Positions 48,247-58,496 are shown, counted from the first letter of the stretch. The stretch is 64,000 nt of DNA from Agreia sp. (GCF_964263775.1 NZ_CAXVWM010000117.1:5653-69652), one strand, 5' to 3'. Numbers and translations are program-made. The notes: a model not told the origin generated them from the letters alone.

Positions 48247-48298
48247 TGACGATGGTCTGGCTTCACACCGGTCGGCCGTCATTTTCGAGAGGCAATTC

Positions 48299-48550
48299 GT
48301 GCAGATCCTTCAGGTCGTTCTCCAGGTGCTGCTCGGTATCACGAGCCTCCTCCTGACCCTCCTCATCCTTCTCCACCGCGGTCGCGGCGGAGGCCTGTCA
48401 GATATGTTCGGCGGCGGAGTGACATCCAACCTCGGTGCCTCAGGTGTCGCAGAACGCAACCTCAACCGGATCACGGTGATCCTCGGACTCGTATGGGTCG
48501 TCTGCATCGTCGTTCTCGGCCTCATCACCAAATTCGACACCGGAATCTAG
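48299..48550 (+). CDS. secG: Preprotein translocase subunit SecG
   Basis: 83 aa with two TM segments flanking the glycine-rich loop LLHRGRGGGLSDMFGGG. Confidence 0.9.
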   Translation: MQILQVVLQVLLGITSLLLTLLILLHRGRGGGLSDMFGGGVTSNLGASGVAERNLNRITVILGLVWVVCIVVLGLITKFDTGI

Positions 48551-48560
48551 GAGAACCAGC

Positions 48561-48923
48561 ATGGCTTCAGGCGGCAGTGCAATTCGTGGATCCCGGGTCG
48601 GCGCAGGCCCGATGGGCGAGCAGGATCGGGGCTTCCACGCCGATCGCATCAAGGTCTCCTACTGGGACGCGTTGGGCAACGAGACAGTCAAGTACTTCGC
48701 GGCCACCCTGCCCGAAGATGAGATTCCCGAAACCATCGACTGCCCGTCGTCGGGTCTGCCTGCGGGGCGCGACAAAGAGAACCCACCCTCGGTTGTCAAG
48801 CTCGAGCCCTACAAGACCCACCTGGCGTACGTCAAAGAGCGTCGCACCGAAGAAGAGGCGGCCCAGCTCCTCGAAGACGCACTGACGCAGCTTCGCGCAC
48901 GACGGGGCACGGCCACCGCCTAG
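48561..48923 (+). CDS. rbpA: RNA polymerase-binding protein RbpA
   Basis: Motifs AIRGSRVGAGPMGE..., VSYWDALGNE and YKTHLAYVKERRTEEEAAQLLEDAL are typical of actinobacterial RbpA. Confidence 0.9.
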   Translation: MASGGSAIRGSRVGAGPMGEQDRGFHADRIKVSYWDALGNETVKYFAATLPEDEIPETIDCPSSGLPAGRDKENPPSVVKLEPYKTHLAYVKERRTEEEAAQLLEDALTQLRARRGTATA

Positions 48924-48955
48924 AGCTCGAGTTCAGCCGCACTCGTACGACAGAC

Positions 48956-49010
48956 GCCCCTCGGCTTCTCTCCGATCATCGAGAAGATGATTGGGAGTAG
49001 ACCGAGGGGC
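48956..49010. terminator. Long nested stem-loop between convergent rbpA and pgl
   Basis: Outer 9-bp stem gcccctcgg / ccgaggggc encloses alternative inner stems (cttctc/gagaag, or ctccgatcatc/gatgattggg). Followed by ttcttggtgt. Confidence 0.45.
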
Positions 49011-49031
49011 TTCTTGGTGTATTCGAGCCGG

Positions 49032-49802
49032 TCAGTAATACGTCGGGGTGATGAGGTATTCCGGCACCTCTGATGCCGCATCCTTGTCGACGAAGAAGAC
49101 CGTGCGTCGTCGACCTTCGGCTCCGGCAACCGGAACCTCGTCGATACTGGCGCCCGCGAGAGCCAAGCCCAGGGCGGATGCCTTGTCTGCCCCGGCGAGG
49201 ACGAGCCAGATGCGGTCGGAGGAACGGATGACGGGAAGCGTGAGGCTCAGTCGCTGCGGCGGCGGCTTGGGGGACTCCCGCACGGCCACCACGGTCGCAT
49301 CGCTCACGCGAACCGCATCCTGTCCGGGAAACAACGAAGCGATGTGACCGTCTGGTCCGACACCCAAGAACGTGATGTCGAACGTGGGGTAGTCATGGCC
49401 GTCGCCCGCCTCGCGAAGCGCGCGCACATACACGGCCGCGGCCTCATCGATATCGGCGATCTCGTCGCTCGAGGGGAACGCGTGCACCTGGGCGGCAGGC
49501 ACATCGATGTGGTCGAGGAGTGCTTCGCGCGCCTGCAGCTCATTGCGGTCGGGATCGTTTCTCGCAACGAAACGCTCGTCCCCCCACCAGAAGCTCACCC
49601 TGTTCCAATCGACACTGTCGCGGGCCGGCGAGGCATTGATGGCCGCGAGCACCGCCGTTCCGACAGAGCCACCCGTCAGAACGACGTTGACGGCATCCCG
49701 ATCTTCGAGGAGGTCTATGGTCTTCGTGATGAATCGCGCCGCCACGGAACCCGACAGGGAAGCCTTGTCGGGATGGATCAGCACACGGCGTTCGTTCGTC
49801 AT
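49032..49802 (-). CDS. pgl: 6-phosphogluconolactonase
   Basis: Motifs VVLTGGSVG, WWGDERFV and GVGPDGHIASLFPG. Confidence 0.93.
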   Translation of the reverse strand: MTNERRVLIHPDKASLSGSVAARFITKTIDLLEDRDAVNVVLTGGSVGTAVLAAINASPARDSVDWNRVSFWWGDERFVARNDPDRNELQAREALLDHIDVPAAQVHAFPSSDEIADIDEAAAVYVRALREAGDGHDYPTFDITFLGVGPDGHIASLFPGQDAVRVSDATVVAVRESPKPPPQRLSLTLPVIRSSDRIWLVLAGADKASALGLALAGASIDEVPVAGAEGRRRTVFFVDKDAASEVPEYLITPTYY

Positions 49803-49805
49803 CGC

Positions 49806-50798
49806 TTAGCGCACCTCTGTTGTCGGGTGCGGGGCCCCGGGCGCAGAATCCGAATCGGGCTCGCCCAATTCGAGGACGCCCTGCGTGAGTACCTCACCGT
49901 AGAGGTCGTCTGGATCGAGCCGGCGCAATTCTTCTGCGAGGCAGTCCCGGAGGGACCGGCGGGGGAGTGCCAGGTCGTGAAGGGGCTGGTTGGGCTGAAC
50001 AAGCGTCGCCACATTGGGAACGGAACGTTCGAGCTCGATGACACCCGACGACCGGGAGAGCTTGACCCCGTGGATGCCGCTCGACCCGTTGGCCCGCGAG
50101 GAGATTCCGTAGTCGACGGGCACCTCGAGCTGATGGCGCAACCAGGCGGCCAGCAGCAGGGTCGACGGCGAATCCGACGCGCCAGAGACCTCGATGGCCA
50201 TAACCGGCTCGAAGGGGGGCTGGTCGAGCACTGCGGCGAGCTGGGCACGCCACAGCGTGAGCCTGGTCCAGGCGAAGTCCGTGTCGCCGGGCGAGTAGTT
50301 CTTCGACAGCGTGCGCAGGGTCTCGTTGGGGTTGGTGCTGTTCGACGAGTCAGTGATGCGACGCTGGGCGATACGGCCGAGATCGGATGTCGACGGAGAT
50401 TCGGGCGCGTCGCCCGGCCACCACACGACCACCGGGGCGTCGGGCAGGAGCAGGCCCGTGACCAGGCCCTCCTCGTCGCTCGATGCGGCACCGTAGGCCT
50501 TAAGCAGGATGACCTCGCTCGCGCCGGCGTCGCCACCCACCCGGATCTGCGCATCCAACCTCGCACCGCGACCGGAGTTCACGCCGTCGTCGGCATCGGT
50601 CGACACGACGATGACCCTCATCGGGTGCTCGCGCGACGCGTCGTTAGCCGCCTCGATGGCGTCTTCCTCTTGGCCGAGGGCCGTGCGGATGACGAGGGTC
50701 AGGACTCGACCCAGCGCGACGGCGCCACCTTCTTCGCGGATCTTCACGAGGGCTTTGGAGACCTTGCTCGTGTTGGTATCGGGCAGATCGACGATCAT
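49806..50798 (-). CDS. opcA: Glucose-6-phosphate dehydrogenase assembly protein OpcA
   Basis: 330 aa starting MIVDLPDTNTSKVSKAL. ATG overlaps the zwf stop (ATGA). Lies in the conserved zwf-opcA-pgl order. The ORF-track N-terminal extension runs through zwf and was rejected. Confidence 0.88.
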   Translation of the reverse strand: MIVDLPDTNTSKVSKALVKIREEGGAVALGRVLTLVIRTALGQEEDAIEAANDASREHPMRVIVVSTDADDGVNSGRGARLDAQIRVGGDAGASEVILLKAYGAASSDEEGLVTGLLLPDAPVVVWWPGDAPESPSTSDLGRIAQRRITDSSNSTNPNETLRTLSKNYSPGDTDFAWTRLTLWRAQLAAVLDQPPFEPVMAIEVSGASDSPSTLLLAAWLRHQLEVPVDYGISSRANGSSGIHGVKLSRSSGVIELERSVPNVATLVQPNQPLHDLALPRRSLRDCLAEELRRLDPDDLYGEVLTQGVLELGEPDSDSAPGAPHPTTEVR

Positions 50799-52336
50799 GG
50801 CCGCCTCCAGGTTCTTCCGTCGCGGGCGAGCATCTCGTCTGCGGAGTCGGGGCCCCAGGTTCCGGGGCGGTACTGATCGGGCTGTCCCTGCGTCGTCCAG
50901 AACTCCTCGATCGGGTCCAGGATCTTCCAAGAGAGCTCGACCTCCTCCTGGCGAGGAAACAGTGGGGGGTCGCCGAGGAGGACATCGAGGATGAGACGCT
51001 CGTAGGCCTCGGGGCTCGCCTCGGTGAAGGCGTGTCCGTAGCCGAAGTCCATGGTCACGTCGCGAACCTGCATGCCCGCGCCCGGAACCTTCGAGCCGAA
51101 CCGGATCGTCACGCCCTCGTCGGGCTGCACCCGGATCACGAGCGCGTTCTGGCCGAGCGCAGAGGTCTGGCTGTCGGCGAACAGGTACTGCGGCGCGCGT
51201 TTGAACACGACCGCGATCTCTGTCACGCGGCGACCGAGCCTCTTGCCGGCACGAAGGTAGAACGGAACGCCGGCCCACCGACGAGTGCCGATGTCGAGCC
51301 GCATCGCCGCATAGGTCTCGGTGAGGGACTCGGGATTCATGCCGTCTTCTTCGAGGAAGCCGGTCACCTTCTCGCCACCCTGCCAACCGCCGGCGTACTG
51401 TCCGCGAGCGGTGTGCTTGGCGAGGTCTTTCGGCAGTCTGATTGCCGCGAGCACCTTCTCTTTCTCTGCGCGCAAGTCGGCCGCGTTGAATGAGATGGGC
51501 TCTTCCATGGCCGTGAGCGCAAGGAGCTGAAGAAGGTGATTCTGGATGACGTCGCGTGCCGCGCCGATGCCGTCGTAGTAGCCGGCCCGGCCGCCCACGC
51601 CGATGTCTTCGGCCATCGTGATCTGCACGTGGTCGACGTAGTTCGCGTTCCAGATGGGTTCGTAGAGCTGGTTGGCGAAACGGAGCGCCAGGATGTTCTG
51701 GACCGTCTCCTTGCCGAGGTAGTGGTCGATGCGGAAGACCGAGTCGGGGGCGAAGACGGACTCGACGACGTCGTTCAGCTCTCGGGCCGTCTTCAGGTCG
51801 CTGCCGAACGGCTTCTCGATGACGACTCGGCGCCACTGCCCGTCTCGAGGGTGGGCGAGGCCCGATCGACGCAGCTGCTCGGTGACCAAGGGGAAAGCCT
51901 TCGGCGGCACCGAGAGGTAGAACGCGTAGTTTCCCATGGTGCCGCGTTCGGCATCGAGGGTGTCGATGGTCTGTTTCAGATGATCGAAGGCCTGATCGTC
52001 GCTGAATTCACCCGAGACGAAGCGGATACCTTCGGACAGCTGGCGCCACACGTCTTCATCGAACGGCGTGCGTGCGTACTCCTTGACGGCATCGTGCACC
52101 ACGCGCTCGAAGTCCTGGTCCTCCCAGTCACGTCGCGCGAATCCGATCAGCGAGAATCCCGGCGGCAGCAGGCCGCGGTTTGCGAGATCGTAGACGGCCG
52201 GCATCAACTTCTTGCGCGACAGGTCGCCCGTCACGCCGAAGATCACGAGGCCGCTCGGGCCGGCGATTCGATTGAGTCGTCGGTCAGAGGCGATTCTGAG
52301 CGGATTGTATTCCGGAGTGATTTCTACCGGTGGCAT
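50795..52336 (-). CDS. zwf: Glucose-6-phosphate 1-dehydrogenase
   Basis: Motifs VIFGVTGDLSRKKLMPA, EKPFG and RIDHYLGKE. Confidence 0.97.
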   Translation of the reverse strand: MPPVEITPEYNPLRIASDRRLNRIAGPSGLVIFGVTGDLSRKKLMPAVYDLANRGLLPPGFSLIGFARRDWEDQDFERVVHDAVKEYARTPFDEDVWRQLSEGIRFVSGEFSDDQAFDHLKQTIDTLDAERGTMGNYAFYLSVPPKAFPLVTEQLRRSGLAHPRDGQWRRVVIEKPFGSDLKTARELNDVVESVFAPDSVFRIDHYLGKETVQNILALRFANQLYEPIWNANYVDHVQITMAEDIGVGGRAGYYDGIGAARDVIQNHLLQLLALTAMEEPISFNAADLRAEKEKVLAAIRLPKDLAKHTARGQYAGGWQGGEKVTGFLEEDGMNPESLTETYAAMRLDIGTRRWAGVPFYLRAGKRLGRRVTEIAVVFKRAPQYLFADSQTSALGQNALVIRVQPDEGVTIRFGSKVPGAGMQVRDVTMDFGYGHAFTEASPEAYERLILDVLLGDPPLFPRQEEVELSWKILDPIEEFWTTQGQPDQYRPGTWGPDSADEMLARDGRTWRRP

Positions 52337-52435
52337 GAAACTCCTTGAGACTTTCTAAATCAACGGGTCGCTTCGACGCTGGAACAGCGCGGAGAACTGG
52401 ATGGGAACGGTGGGGGAGGGATCGGAGACGAAGTC

Positions 52436-52487
52436 CGGAACGACCCTCCCGGCAGCGGCGACGGCCACCGGCGAGAAGGTCGTTCCG
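52436..52487 (-). terminator. Long stem-loop in the tal-zwf spacer
   Basis: 10-bp perfect outer stem (plus-strand cggaacgacc at 52436-45 and ggtcgttccg at 52478-87) around a GC-rich 32-nt interior. Begins 6 nt after the tal stop on the minus strand. Confidence 0.35.
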
Positions 52488-52492
52488 AACAC

Positions 52493-53605
52493 TCATTTAG
52501 AGGACTCGAGCGCCGTGGTGACCGTCTCAAGAAGTTCGTTCCACGACACGATGAACTTGTCGACACCCTCGGTCTCGAGCAGCTCGGTGACCTCGGCGTA
52601 CGAGATGCCCTGGGCCGCGATGGCGTCGAGTACCTTATTGGCCGCGGCGTACGAACCGGTGATGGTGTCCCCGGTGATCACACCGTGGTCGAAGGTCGCG
52701 TCGAGCGTTTTCTCGGGCATCGTGTTGACGACCTCCGGGGCGACGAGCTCGGTGACATAGGTCGTGTCGGGCACGGCCGGGTCTTTGACGCCGGTGGATG
52801 CCCACAGCGGCCGCTGCTTGTTGGCTCCGGCAGCGAGGAGACCGGCTGCGCGCTCGGTCGAGAACGCCTGCTCGTAGACCTCGTAGGCGAGCTGAGCGTT
52901 CGCAACGCCCGCTTTGCTCTTCAGCGCAAGGGCCTCATCGGTGCCGATCGCGACGAGCCGCTTATCGATCTCGGTGTCGACGCGCGACACGAAGAACGAG
53001 GCGACACTGTGGATCTTCGACAAATCGACGCCGTCGGCCTTGGCGCGCTCGAGGCCCGTCAGGTAGGCGTTGATGACATCGCGGTAGCGAGCGAGGCTGA
53101 AGATCAGTGTGACGTTGACGCTGATTCCCGCCGCGATGGTCTCGGTGATGGCTTCGAGGCCCGCGATCGTCGCCGGGATCTTGATCAGCACGTTCTCTTT
53201 AGCGACCTTGTCGAAGAGTTCCTTGGCCTGCTTCGTGGTGCCCGCGGCGTCGTTCGCCAGGCCCGGCTCGACCTCGATCGACACGCGGCCATCGAAGCCG
53301 TCTGTGGCGTCGTAGAGCGGACGGAAGATGTCGCATCCGTTGGCGACGTCGTGTGTGGTGATCTCGAACACGGCCTCGGTGACGTTCTTGCCGGCCTTGG
53401 CCAGTTCGGCGACCTGTGCGGCGTACGACTCGCCGTTCGTGAGTGCGGCCGCGAAGATCGACGGGTTTGTGGTGACCCCGACGACGTTCTTCTCGGCGAT
53501 CAGCTTCTCGAGGCCGCCGGAGGTGATGCGCTCGCGCGACAGGTCGTCGAGCCAGATGCTGACGCCGGCTGCAGAGAGCTGGGCGGTGGGGGTTGTATCG
53601 GTCAT
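52493..53605 (-). CDS. tal: Transaldolase (long actinobacterial type)
   Basis: 370 aa. Motifs [13 protein letters not shown] and LIKIPAT. Confidence 0.95.
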   Translation of the reverse strand: MTDTTPTAQLSAAGVSIWLDDLSRERITSGGLEKLIAEKNVVGVTTNPSIFAAALTNGESYAAQVAELAKAGKNVTEAVFEITTHDVANGCDIFRPLYDATDGFDGRVSIEVEPGLANDAAGTTKQAKELFDKVAKENVLIKIPATIAGLEAITETIAAGISVNVTLIFSLARYRDVINAYLTGLERAKADGVDLSKIHSVASFFVSRVDTEIDKRLVAIGTDEALALKSKAGVANAQLAYEVYEQAFSTERAAGLLAAGANKQRPLWASTGVKDPAVPDTTYVTELVAPEVVNTMPEKTLDATFDHGVITGDTITGSYAAANKVLDAIAAQGISYAEVTELLETEGVDKFIVSWNELLETVTTALESSK

Positions 53606-53633
53606 GAAAGTACTCCTAGAAGATTCGTGTGGT

Positions 53634-55727
53634 CTAGAGCGACGAGATCGAGAGCTTTGCAGCCTCGATGGCGTGCTCCGTGGTGATGCCGAACTCGCGG
53701 AACAGCGTCTGGTAGTCGGCGGATGCGCCGAAGTGCTCGATCGACACGCTCGTGCCGTGGTCTCCCACGTAGGAGCGCCAGGTCAGGTCGAGCCCGGCCT
53801 CGATGGACACGCGGGCCGTGACCGACGCCGGAAGCACCGACTCGCGGTATTCGGCGCTCTGCTCCTCGAACCATTCGAGGCTCGGCGCCGACACGACGCG
53901 GGCGTTGATGCCCTCGTTCTTGAGCAGCTCGCGCGCCTCGACGGCGATCTGAACCTCGGACCCGGTCGCGATGAAGATGACGTCGGGCGTGCCGTTCGGG
54001 GCCTCGGCCAGCACATAGGCACCCTTGGCGACGTTCTTCGCAGAGGCGAATGTCTCACCGGTCGCGTCGCCCTCGCCACGCTCGAACACCGGAATGTTCT
54101 GGCGGGTCAGCGCGAGTCCTGCTGGCCCGTTTCGGCGCTCGAGGATGGTCTTCCAGGCGTAGGCGACCTCGTTGGCGTCACCGGGACGCACGATGTCGAG
54201 GCCCGGGATGGCCCGCAGCGTGGCGAGCTGCTCGATCGGCTGGTGGGTCGGTCCGTCTTCGCCGAGTGCCACGGAGTCGTGGGTCCAGACGTAGATCGCC
54301 GGTGACTTCATGAGGGCGGCGAGTCGAACGGCCGGGCGCATGTAGTCACTGAAGATGAGGAAGGTGCCGCCGAACGGGCGCGTGTTGCCGTGCAGCACGA
54401 TCCCGTTGAGGATCGCGCCCATCGCGTGCTCCCGGATGCCGAAGTGCAGCACCCGGCCGTAGGGATTTCCTGTCCACTCGTGCGTGGAGTGCTCGGCGGG
54501 AATGAAGGACGCACCCGACTCGATCGTCGTGTTGTTCGACTCGGCGAGGTCGGCGGAACCACCCCAGAACTCGGGCATGATGGGCGCGATGGCGTTGATG
54601 ACCTTGCCGGATGCGGCGCGAGTGGACACGGCCTTGCCCGCTTCGAACACGGGCAGGGCTTCTTCAAGGCCCTCGGGCACGTCGCCGGACAGGACGCGGT
54701 CGAGGAGCACCTTCTTCTCGGGGTTGGCAGCGGCCCAGGCGTCGAAGGTCTGGCTCCACGCGGCGTGCTCGGCCTGGCCGCGCTCGACGGCGCTCCGGGT
54801 GTGTGCGATGACCTCGTCGGCGACCTCGAAGCTCTGCTCGGGGTCGAAGCCCAGAACCTCCTTGAGGCCCTTCAGCTCGTCGGCTCCCAGGGCCGAGCCG
54901 TGGATCTTGCCGGTGTTCTGCTTCTTCGGCGACGGCCATCCGATGATGGTCTTGAGGATGATGAGCGAGGGCTTGTCCGTGACGGCCTTCGCGGCTTCGA
55001 TGGCGTCGAAGAGTGCCTCGACGTCTTCGACGTATTGACCGGTCTTCTTCCAGTCGACGACCTGGACGTGCCAGTGATAGGCCTCGTAGCGGGCCCGCAC
55101 GTCTTCGGTGAAGGCGATGTTGGTGTCGTCTTCGATCGAGATCTGGTTGCTGTCGTAGATGGCGACGAGGTTGCCGAGCTGCTGGTGACCGGCGAGCGAC
55201 GATGCTTCGCTCGTAATGCCCTCCTGCAGGTCGCCGTCGCCGGCGATCGTGTAGATGAAGTGGTCGAACGGGCTGGTGCCCGCATCGGCCTCGGGGTCGA
55301 AGAGACCGCGCTCGAAGCGGGACGCGTAGGCGAAGCCGACGGCGGAGGAGAGGCCCTGGCCGAGGGGGCCGGTCGTGATCTCGACGCCGTCTGTGTGGCC
55401 GTACTCGGGGTGGCCGGGGGTGAGCGAGCCCCAGGTGCGCAGCGCCTTGAGGTCGTCGAGCTCGAGTCCGTAGCCGCCGAGGTAGAGCTGGATGTACTGG
55501 GTGAGCGAGCTGTGGCCGACCGACAGGATGAAGCGGTCACGGCCGATCCACTCGTTGTCGCTCGGGTCGCGCCGCATGATCTTCTGGAAGAGGAGGTACG
55601 CGGCGGGGGCGAGGCTGATGGCCGTTCCCGGATGCCCGTTTCCTACCTTCTCGACGGCGTCTGCCGCGAGAACCTTCGCCGTGGATACGGCCTGGTCGTC
55701 AATGGGAGTCCATTGGAATGATGCCAC
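53634..55727 (-). CDS. tkt: Transketolase
   Basis: Motifs [23 protein letters not shown] and [15 protein letters not shown]. Start placed at GTG 55727 ([14 protein letters not shown]), with gagaagggg about 10 nt upstream. The ORF-track start at 55889 adds an implausible 54 aa. Confidence 0.93.
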   Translation of the reverse strand: MASFQWTPIDDQAVSTAKVLAADAVEKVGNGHPGTAISLAPAAYLLFQKIMRRDPSDNEWIGRDRFILSVGHSSLTQYIQLYLGGYGLELDDLKALRTWGSLTPGHPEYGHTDGVEITTGPLGQGLSSAVGFAYASRFERGLFDPEADAGTSPFDHFIYTIAGDGDLQEGITSEASSLAGHQQLGNLVAIYDSNQISIEDDTNIAFTEDVRARYEAYHWHVQVVDWKKTGQYVEDVEALFDAIEAAKAVTDKPSLIILKTIIGWPSPKKQNTGKIHGSALGADELKGLKEVLGFDPEQSFEVADEVIAHTRSAVERGQAEHAAWSQTFDAWAAANPEKKVLLDRVLSGDVPEGLEEALPVFEAGKAVSTRAASGKVINAIAPIMPEFWGGSADLAESNNTTIESGASFIPAEHSTHEWTGNPYGRVLHFGIREHAMGAILNGIVLHGNTRPFGGTFLIFSDYMRPAVRLAALMKSPAIYVWTHDSVALGEDGPTHQPIEQLATLRAIPGLDIVRPGDANEVAYAWKTILERRNGPAGLALTRQNIPVFERGEGDATGETFASAKNVAKGAYVLAEAPNGTPDVIFIATGSEVQIAVEARELLKNEGINARVVSAPSLEWFEEQSAEYRESVLPASVTARVSIEAGLDLTWRSYVGDHGTSVSIEHFGASADYQTLFREFGITTEHAIEAAKLSISSL

Positions 55728-55950
55728 GAGGAATAAGCCCCTTCTCAGTTGCAGGCGGACAGATTTGCCCGTCAGGCGCCGTGATGTGAATCGGCAGCAG
55801 GGAGAACCGAGTGAGAGACCGGCGAATGAGGGCCGCCACACGGTACGTGTTCGGCACAGTGGGACATGGCTTCTCCGCAAGAAAGACACGCAGGAAACAC
55901 CGACTGCTGTGTCGCCGCTTCAAGTATAGGGAATCGCGCGGTGCGTGGAA

Positions 55951-56454
55951 CTACCCCTCGACAAACTCGCGCAGGGCTGAAACCACCAGATCGTGGTCGT
56001 CGATCTGGGGGAGACCCGAGACGGTGACGACCGCAACGACGCCCGTGCCCCTGACCGTTATTGGGAAGCCGCCGCCGTGGGCCGCGTACGCCGTCTGATC
56101 GAACCAATCCTCGTCCTCGATGCGCTTACCCGCGATCTTGGGCCGCGTGCCCAGCAGCAGCGAGGGGATGCCGTAGCGCTCGACGGCGCTCGACTTGCGT
56201 GCGATCCAGACGTCATTGTCGGCCTGGGCTCCCTCGAGGGCCACGTGAAAGAGAATCTGGGCGCCGCGCCGGATGTCGATGGCGATCGGCAGGGTGCCTT
56301 GCGTCCCCGTGCGTACGAGGATCAGGCCGAGCCTCAGCGCGTCCGACGGCCCGAACGAGTCGAGCTGCAGCTCGGAAACCTCCTCTTCGATTCGTGCGGC
56401 GAGGCGGGCGTATTCCTCGGGGGTGCTGGGCTCGGTAGCGGTCATGTCGATCAC
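55951..56454 (-). CDS. UPF0303 / heme-degrading (GlcG-HbpS-like) domain protein
   Basis: 167 aa. Motifs PIAIDIRRG, AHGGGFPI and VVAVVTVSGLPQ..DH are typical of the UPF0303 family. Confidence 0.7.
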   Translation of the reverse strand: MIDMTATEPSTPEEYARLAARIEEEVSELQLDSFGPSDALRLGLILVRTGTQGTLPIAIDIRRGAQILFHVALEGAQADNDVWIARKSSAVERYGIPSLLLGTRPKIAGKRIEDEDWFDQTAYAAHGGGFPITVRGTGVVAVVTVSGLPQIDDHDLVVSALREFVEG

Positions 56455-56550
56455 GGTATCGCCTCCGACCGAGCCTCGAGAACCGATCGCCTAGACTGAT
56501 TCACAGATCGCGCGCGCCCTGCGTGGGGCCTGAAAACAGTTTGAGGAGCA

Positions 56551-57471
56551 ATGGACGTCGCTGTAGAGGGCCGCACAGAGAAGCGGCGGATCAGCCTGTC
56601 GACCAAGGCGAAGGCCTACGTCGCCCTGACGAAGCCCCGGGTCATCGAGCTGCTGCTCGTGACGACCGCGCCAGTGATGATCCTGGCCCAGAACGGCATT
56701 CCTGACCTGTGGCTCGTCGTTGCAACCCTCATCGGGGGCGCCCTCAGCGCCGGCAGCGCCGGAGCGTTCAACTGCTATATCGACCGCGACATCGACCGCG
56801 TGATGAAGCGCACCCAGGGCCGGCCCCTGGTCACCGGCGAGCTGAGCGACCGCGAGGCCCTCGTCTTCGCGTGGGTCATCGGCGTCGCATCCATCGTCTG
56901 GCTGGCTGTATTCGCCAACCTTCTGGCGGCGGCGCTGTCACTCGTCGCGATCCTGCTCTACGTCTTCCTCTATACCGTGTGGCTGAAGCGCCGCACCTCG
57001 CAGAACATCGTGTGGGGCGGCATCGCCGGCTGCATGCCGGTGCTCATCGGCTGGGCCGCCGTCACCGACTCGCTGAGCTGGACCCCGTTCGTCCTCTTCG
57101 GCGTGATCTTCTTGTGGACGCCCCCGCACTACTGGCCGCTGTCGATGAAGTACCGCGACGAGTACAAGGCGGCCAACGTGCCGATGCTCGCGGTCGTGCG
57201 AGGTCGGGCCGTCGTCGGGCTGCAGACGATCCTCTACGCGTGGGCCACGGTCGCCTGTTCGCTGCTCCTCATTCCCGTCGCACCCATGGGAGTCGTCTAC
57301 AGCGTCGTGGCGCTCGGTTCGGGCGCCTGGTTCATCTACGAGACGCACCGCCTCTACAACCGGGCCATCCACGGGCACGAGGTCAAGCCGATGCGGGTCT
57401 TCCACGCGTCGATCAGCTACCTGACGCTCGTCTTCCTCGCGGTCGCCATCGATCCGCTTCTGCCGTTCTAA
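56551..57471 (+). CDS. ctaB: Protoheme IX farnesyltransferase (heme O synthase)
   Basis: UbiA-family motif [20 protein letters not shown] and multiple TM helices. Confidence 0.92.
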   Translation: MDVAVEGRTEKRRISLSTKAKAYVALTKPRVIELLLVTTAPVMILAQNGIPDLWLVVATLIGGALSAGSAGAFNCYIDRDIDRVMKRTQGRPLVTGELSDREALVFAWVIGVASIVWLAVFANLLAAALSLVAILLYVFLYTVWLKRRTSQNIVWGGIAGCMPVLIGWAAVTDSLSWTPFVLFGVIFLWTPPHYWPLSMKYRDEYKAANVPMLAVVRGRAVVGLQTILYAWATVACSLLLIPVAPMGVVYSVVALGSGAWFIYETHRLYNRAIHGHEVKPMRVFHASISYLTLVFLAVAIDPLLPF

Positions 57472-57480
57472 GCCGCGGCT

Positions 57481-58440
57481 CTAGCGAACGACTGCGACCT
57501 CGCGGCAATCCTCGACCACCGAGCGGGTCGAGCCCGACGTGCGCAGCGAGAGGACGAGTGCCGTCATCGCCGCGACGAGCAGCGCGGCCAGCACCATGTG
57601 GACGCCGACGAGCAGCGGCGGCAGGCCGAGTCGTGCCTGTGCCAGTCCGACGGCGACCTGCACGGCCTCGACGGCCAGGAGCGTGAGCGCCCAGCGGGTG
57701 ACGCCGAGCCCGCCGAAGACGGACGCCACCACCAGCACGGCGGTGAGGCCCACCAGTACATAGGCCGGCCAGCTATGGAAGTGCTGCAGCAGTTCGGCAT
57801 CGAGGCCGTTGCGCGGCGTCTTCTCGTCGCCCGCGTGCGGGCCGGATCCCGTGGTCAGGATGCCGACGACCACGGTGATCGCGACGAACAGCGAGGCACA
57901 GTGGGCGACGACGAGATACCAGAGGGGTGCCGAGCGTCGGGCTACACGTGGCCCGCGGTATACCCGGTAGACGAGGATCGTCGCGTTGACGACGAGCAGG
58001 ATAGAGATCACGAAATGGAACCCGACGATGAACGGGTTCAACCCGGTCAACACCGTGATGCCGCCGATGACGGCCTGGAGCGGGATCGACAGCCCCTGCA
58101 GGAGGGTGAGCACGAACAGGTCCCGGCGCTCCCTCCAGTTGCGCACGACGGCGAGGAACACCGCGATGACGATGATTGCGAGAACGAAGGTGAGCATGCG
58201 GTTCGCGAACTCGATCACGCCGTGGATGCCCATCTCGGGCGTCGACACGAACGACGACTCGGTGCAGCGCGGCCAGGTGGGGCAGCCCAGTCCGGATCCC
58301 GTGAGTCGAACCGCGCCCCCCGTGCCGATCAGCACCACCTGGAACGCCAGCGAGAGCCAGGCCAGAACGCGCACGGGGCGGCTGACGGAGACGGGCAGGA
58401 GTGCGATGAGTCGCTTCACGGCGGGGATGTTCCTTGTCAA
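57481..58440 (-). CDS. ctaA: Heme A synthase (COX15/CtaA family)
   Basis: Polytopic membrane protein with a conserved Cys pair (GLGCPTWPRC) and His residues in TM helices. Convergent with ctaB. Start is TTG 58440 or, more plausibly, GTG 58419, which is preceded by aaggaa. Confidence 0.85.
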   Translation of the reverse strand: MTRNIPAVKRLIALLPVSVSRPVRVLAWLSLAFQVVLIGTGGAVRLTGSGLGCPTWPRCTESSFVSTPEMGIHGVIEFANRMLTFVLAIIVIAVFLAVVRNWRERRDLFVLTLLQGLSIPLQAVIGGITVLTGLNPFIVGFHFVISILLVVNATILVYRVYRGPRVARRSAPLWYLVVAHCASLFVAITVVVGILTTGSGPHAGDEKTPRNGLDAELLQHFHSWPAYVLVGLTAVLVVASVFGGLGVTRWALTLLAVEAVQVAVGLAQARLGLPPLLVGVHMVLAALLVAAMTALVLSLRTSGSTRSVVEDCREVAVVR

Positions 58441-58476
58441 GACTTGTCGACGAAAAGGCCCGCGACCTACTATCCG

Positions 58477-58496
58477 ACAGGCATTGCCTGTAGAAT
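58477..58496 (+). promoter_or_regulatory. Perfect 7-1-7 palindrome acaggca-t-tgcctgt abutting a TAGAAT -10-like box, upstream of sufB
   Basis: Read directly: palindrome at 58477-58491 and tagaat at 58491-58496, in the divergent ctaA-sufB spacer. Confidence 0.35.
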
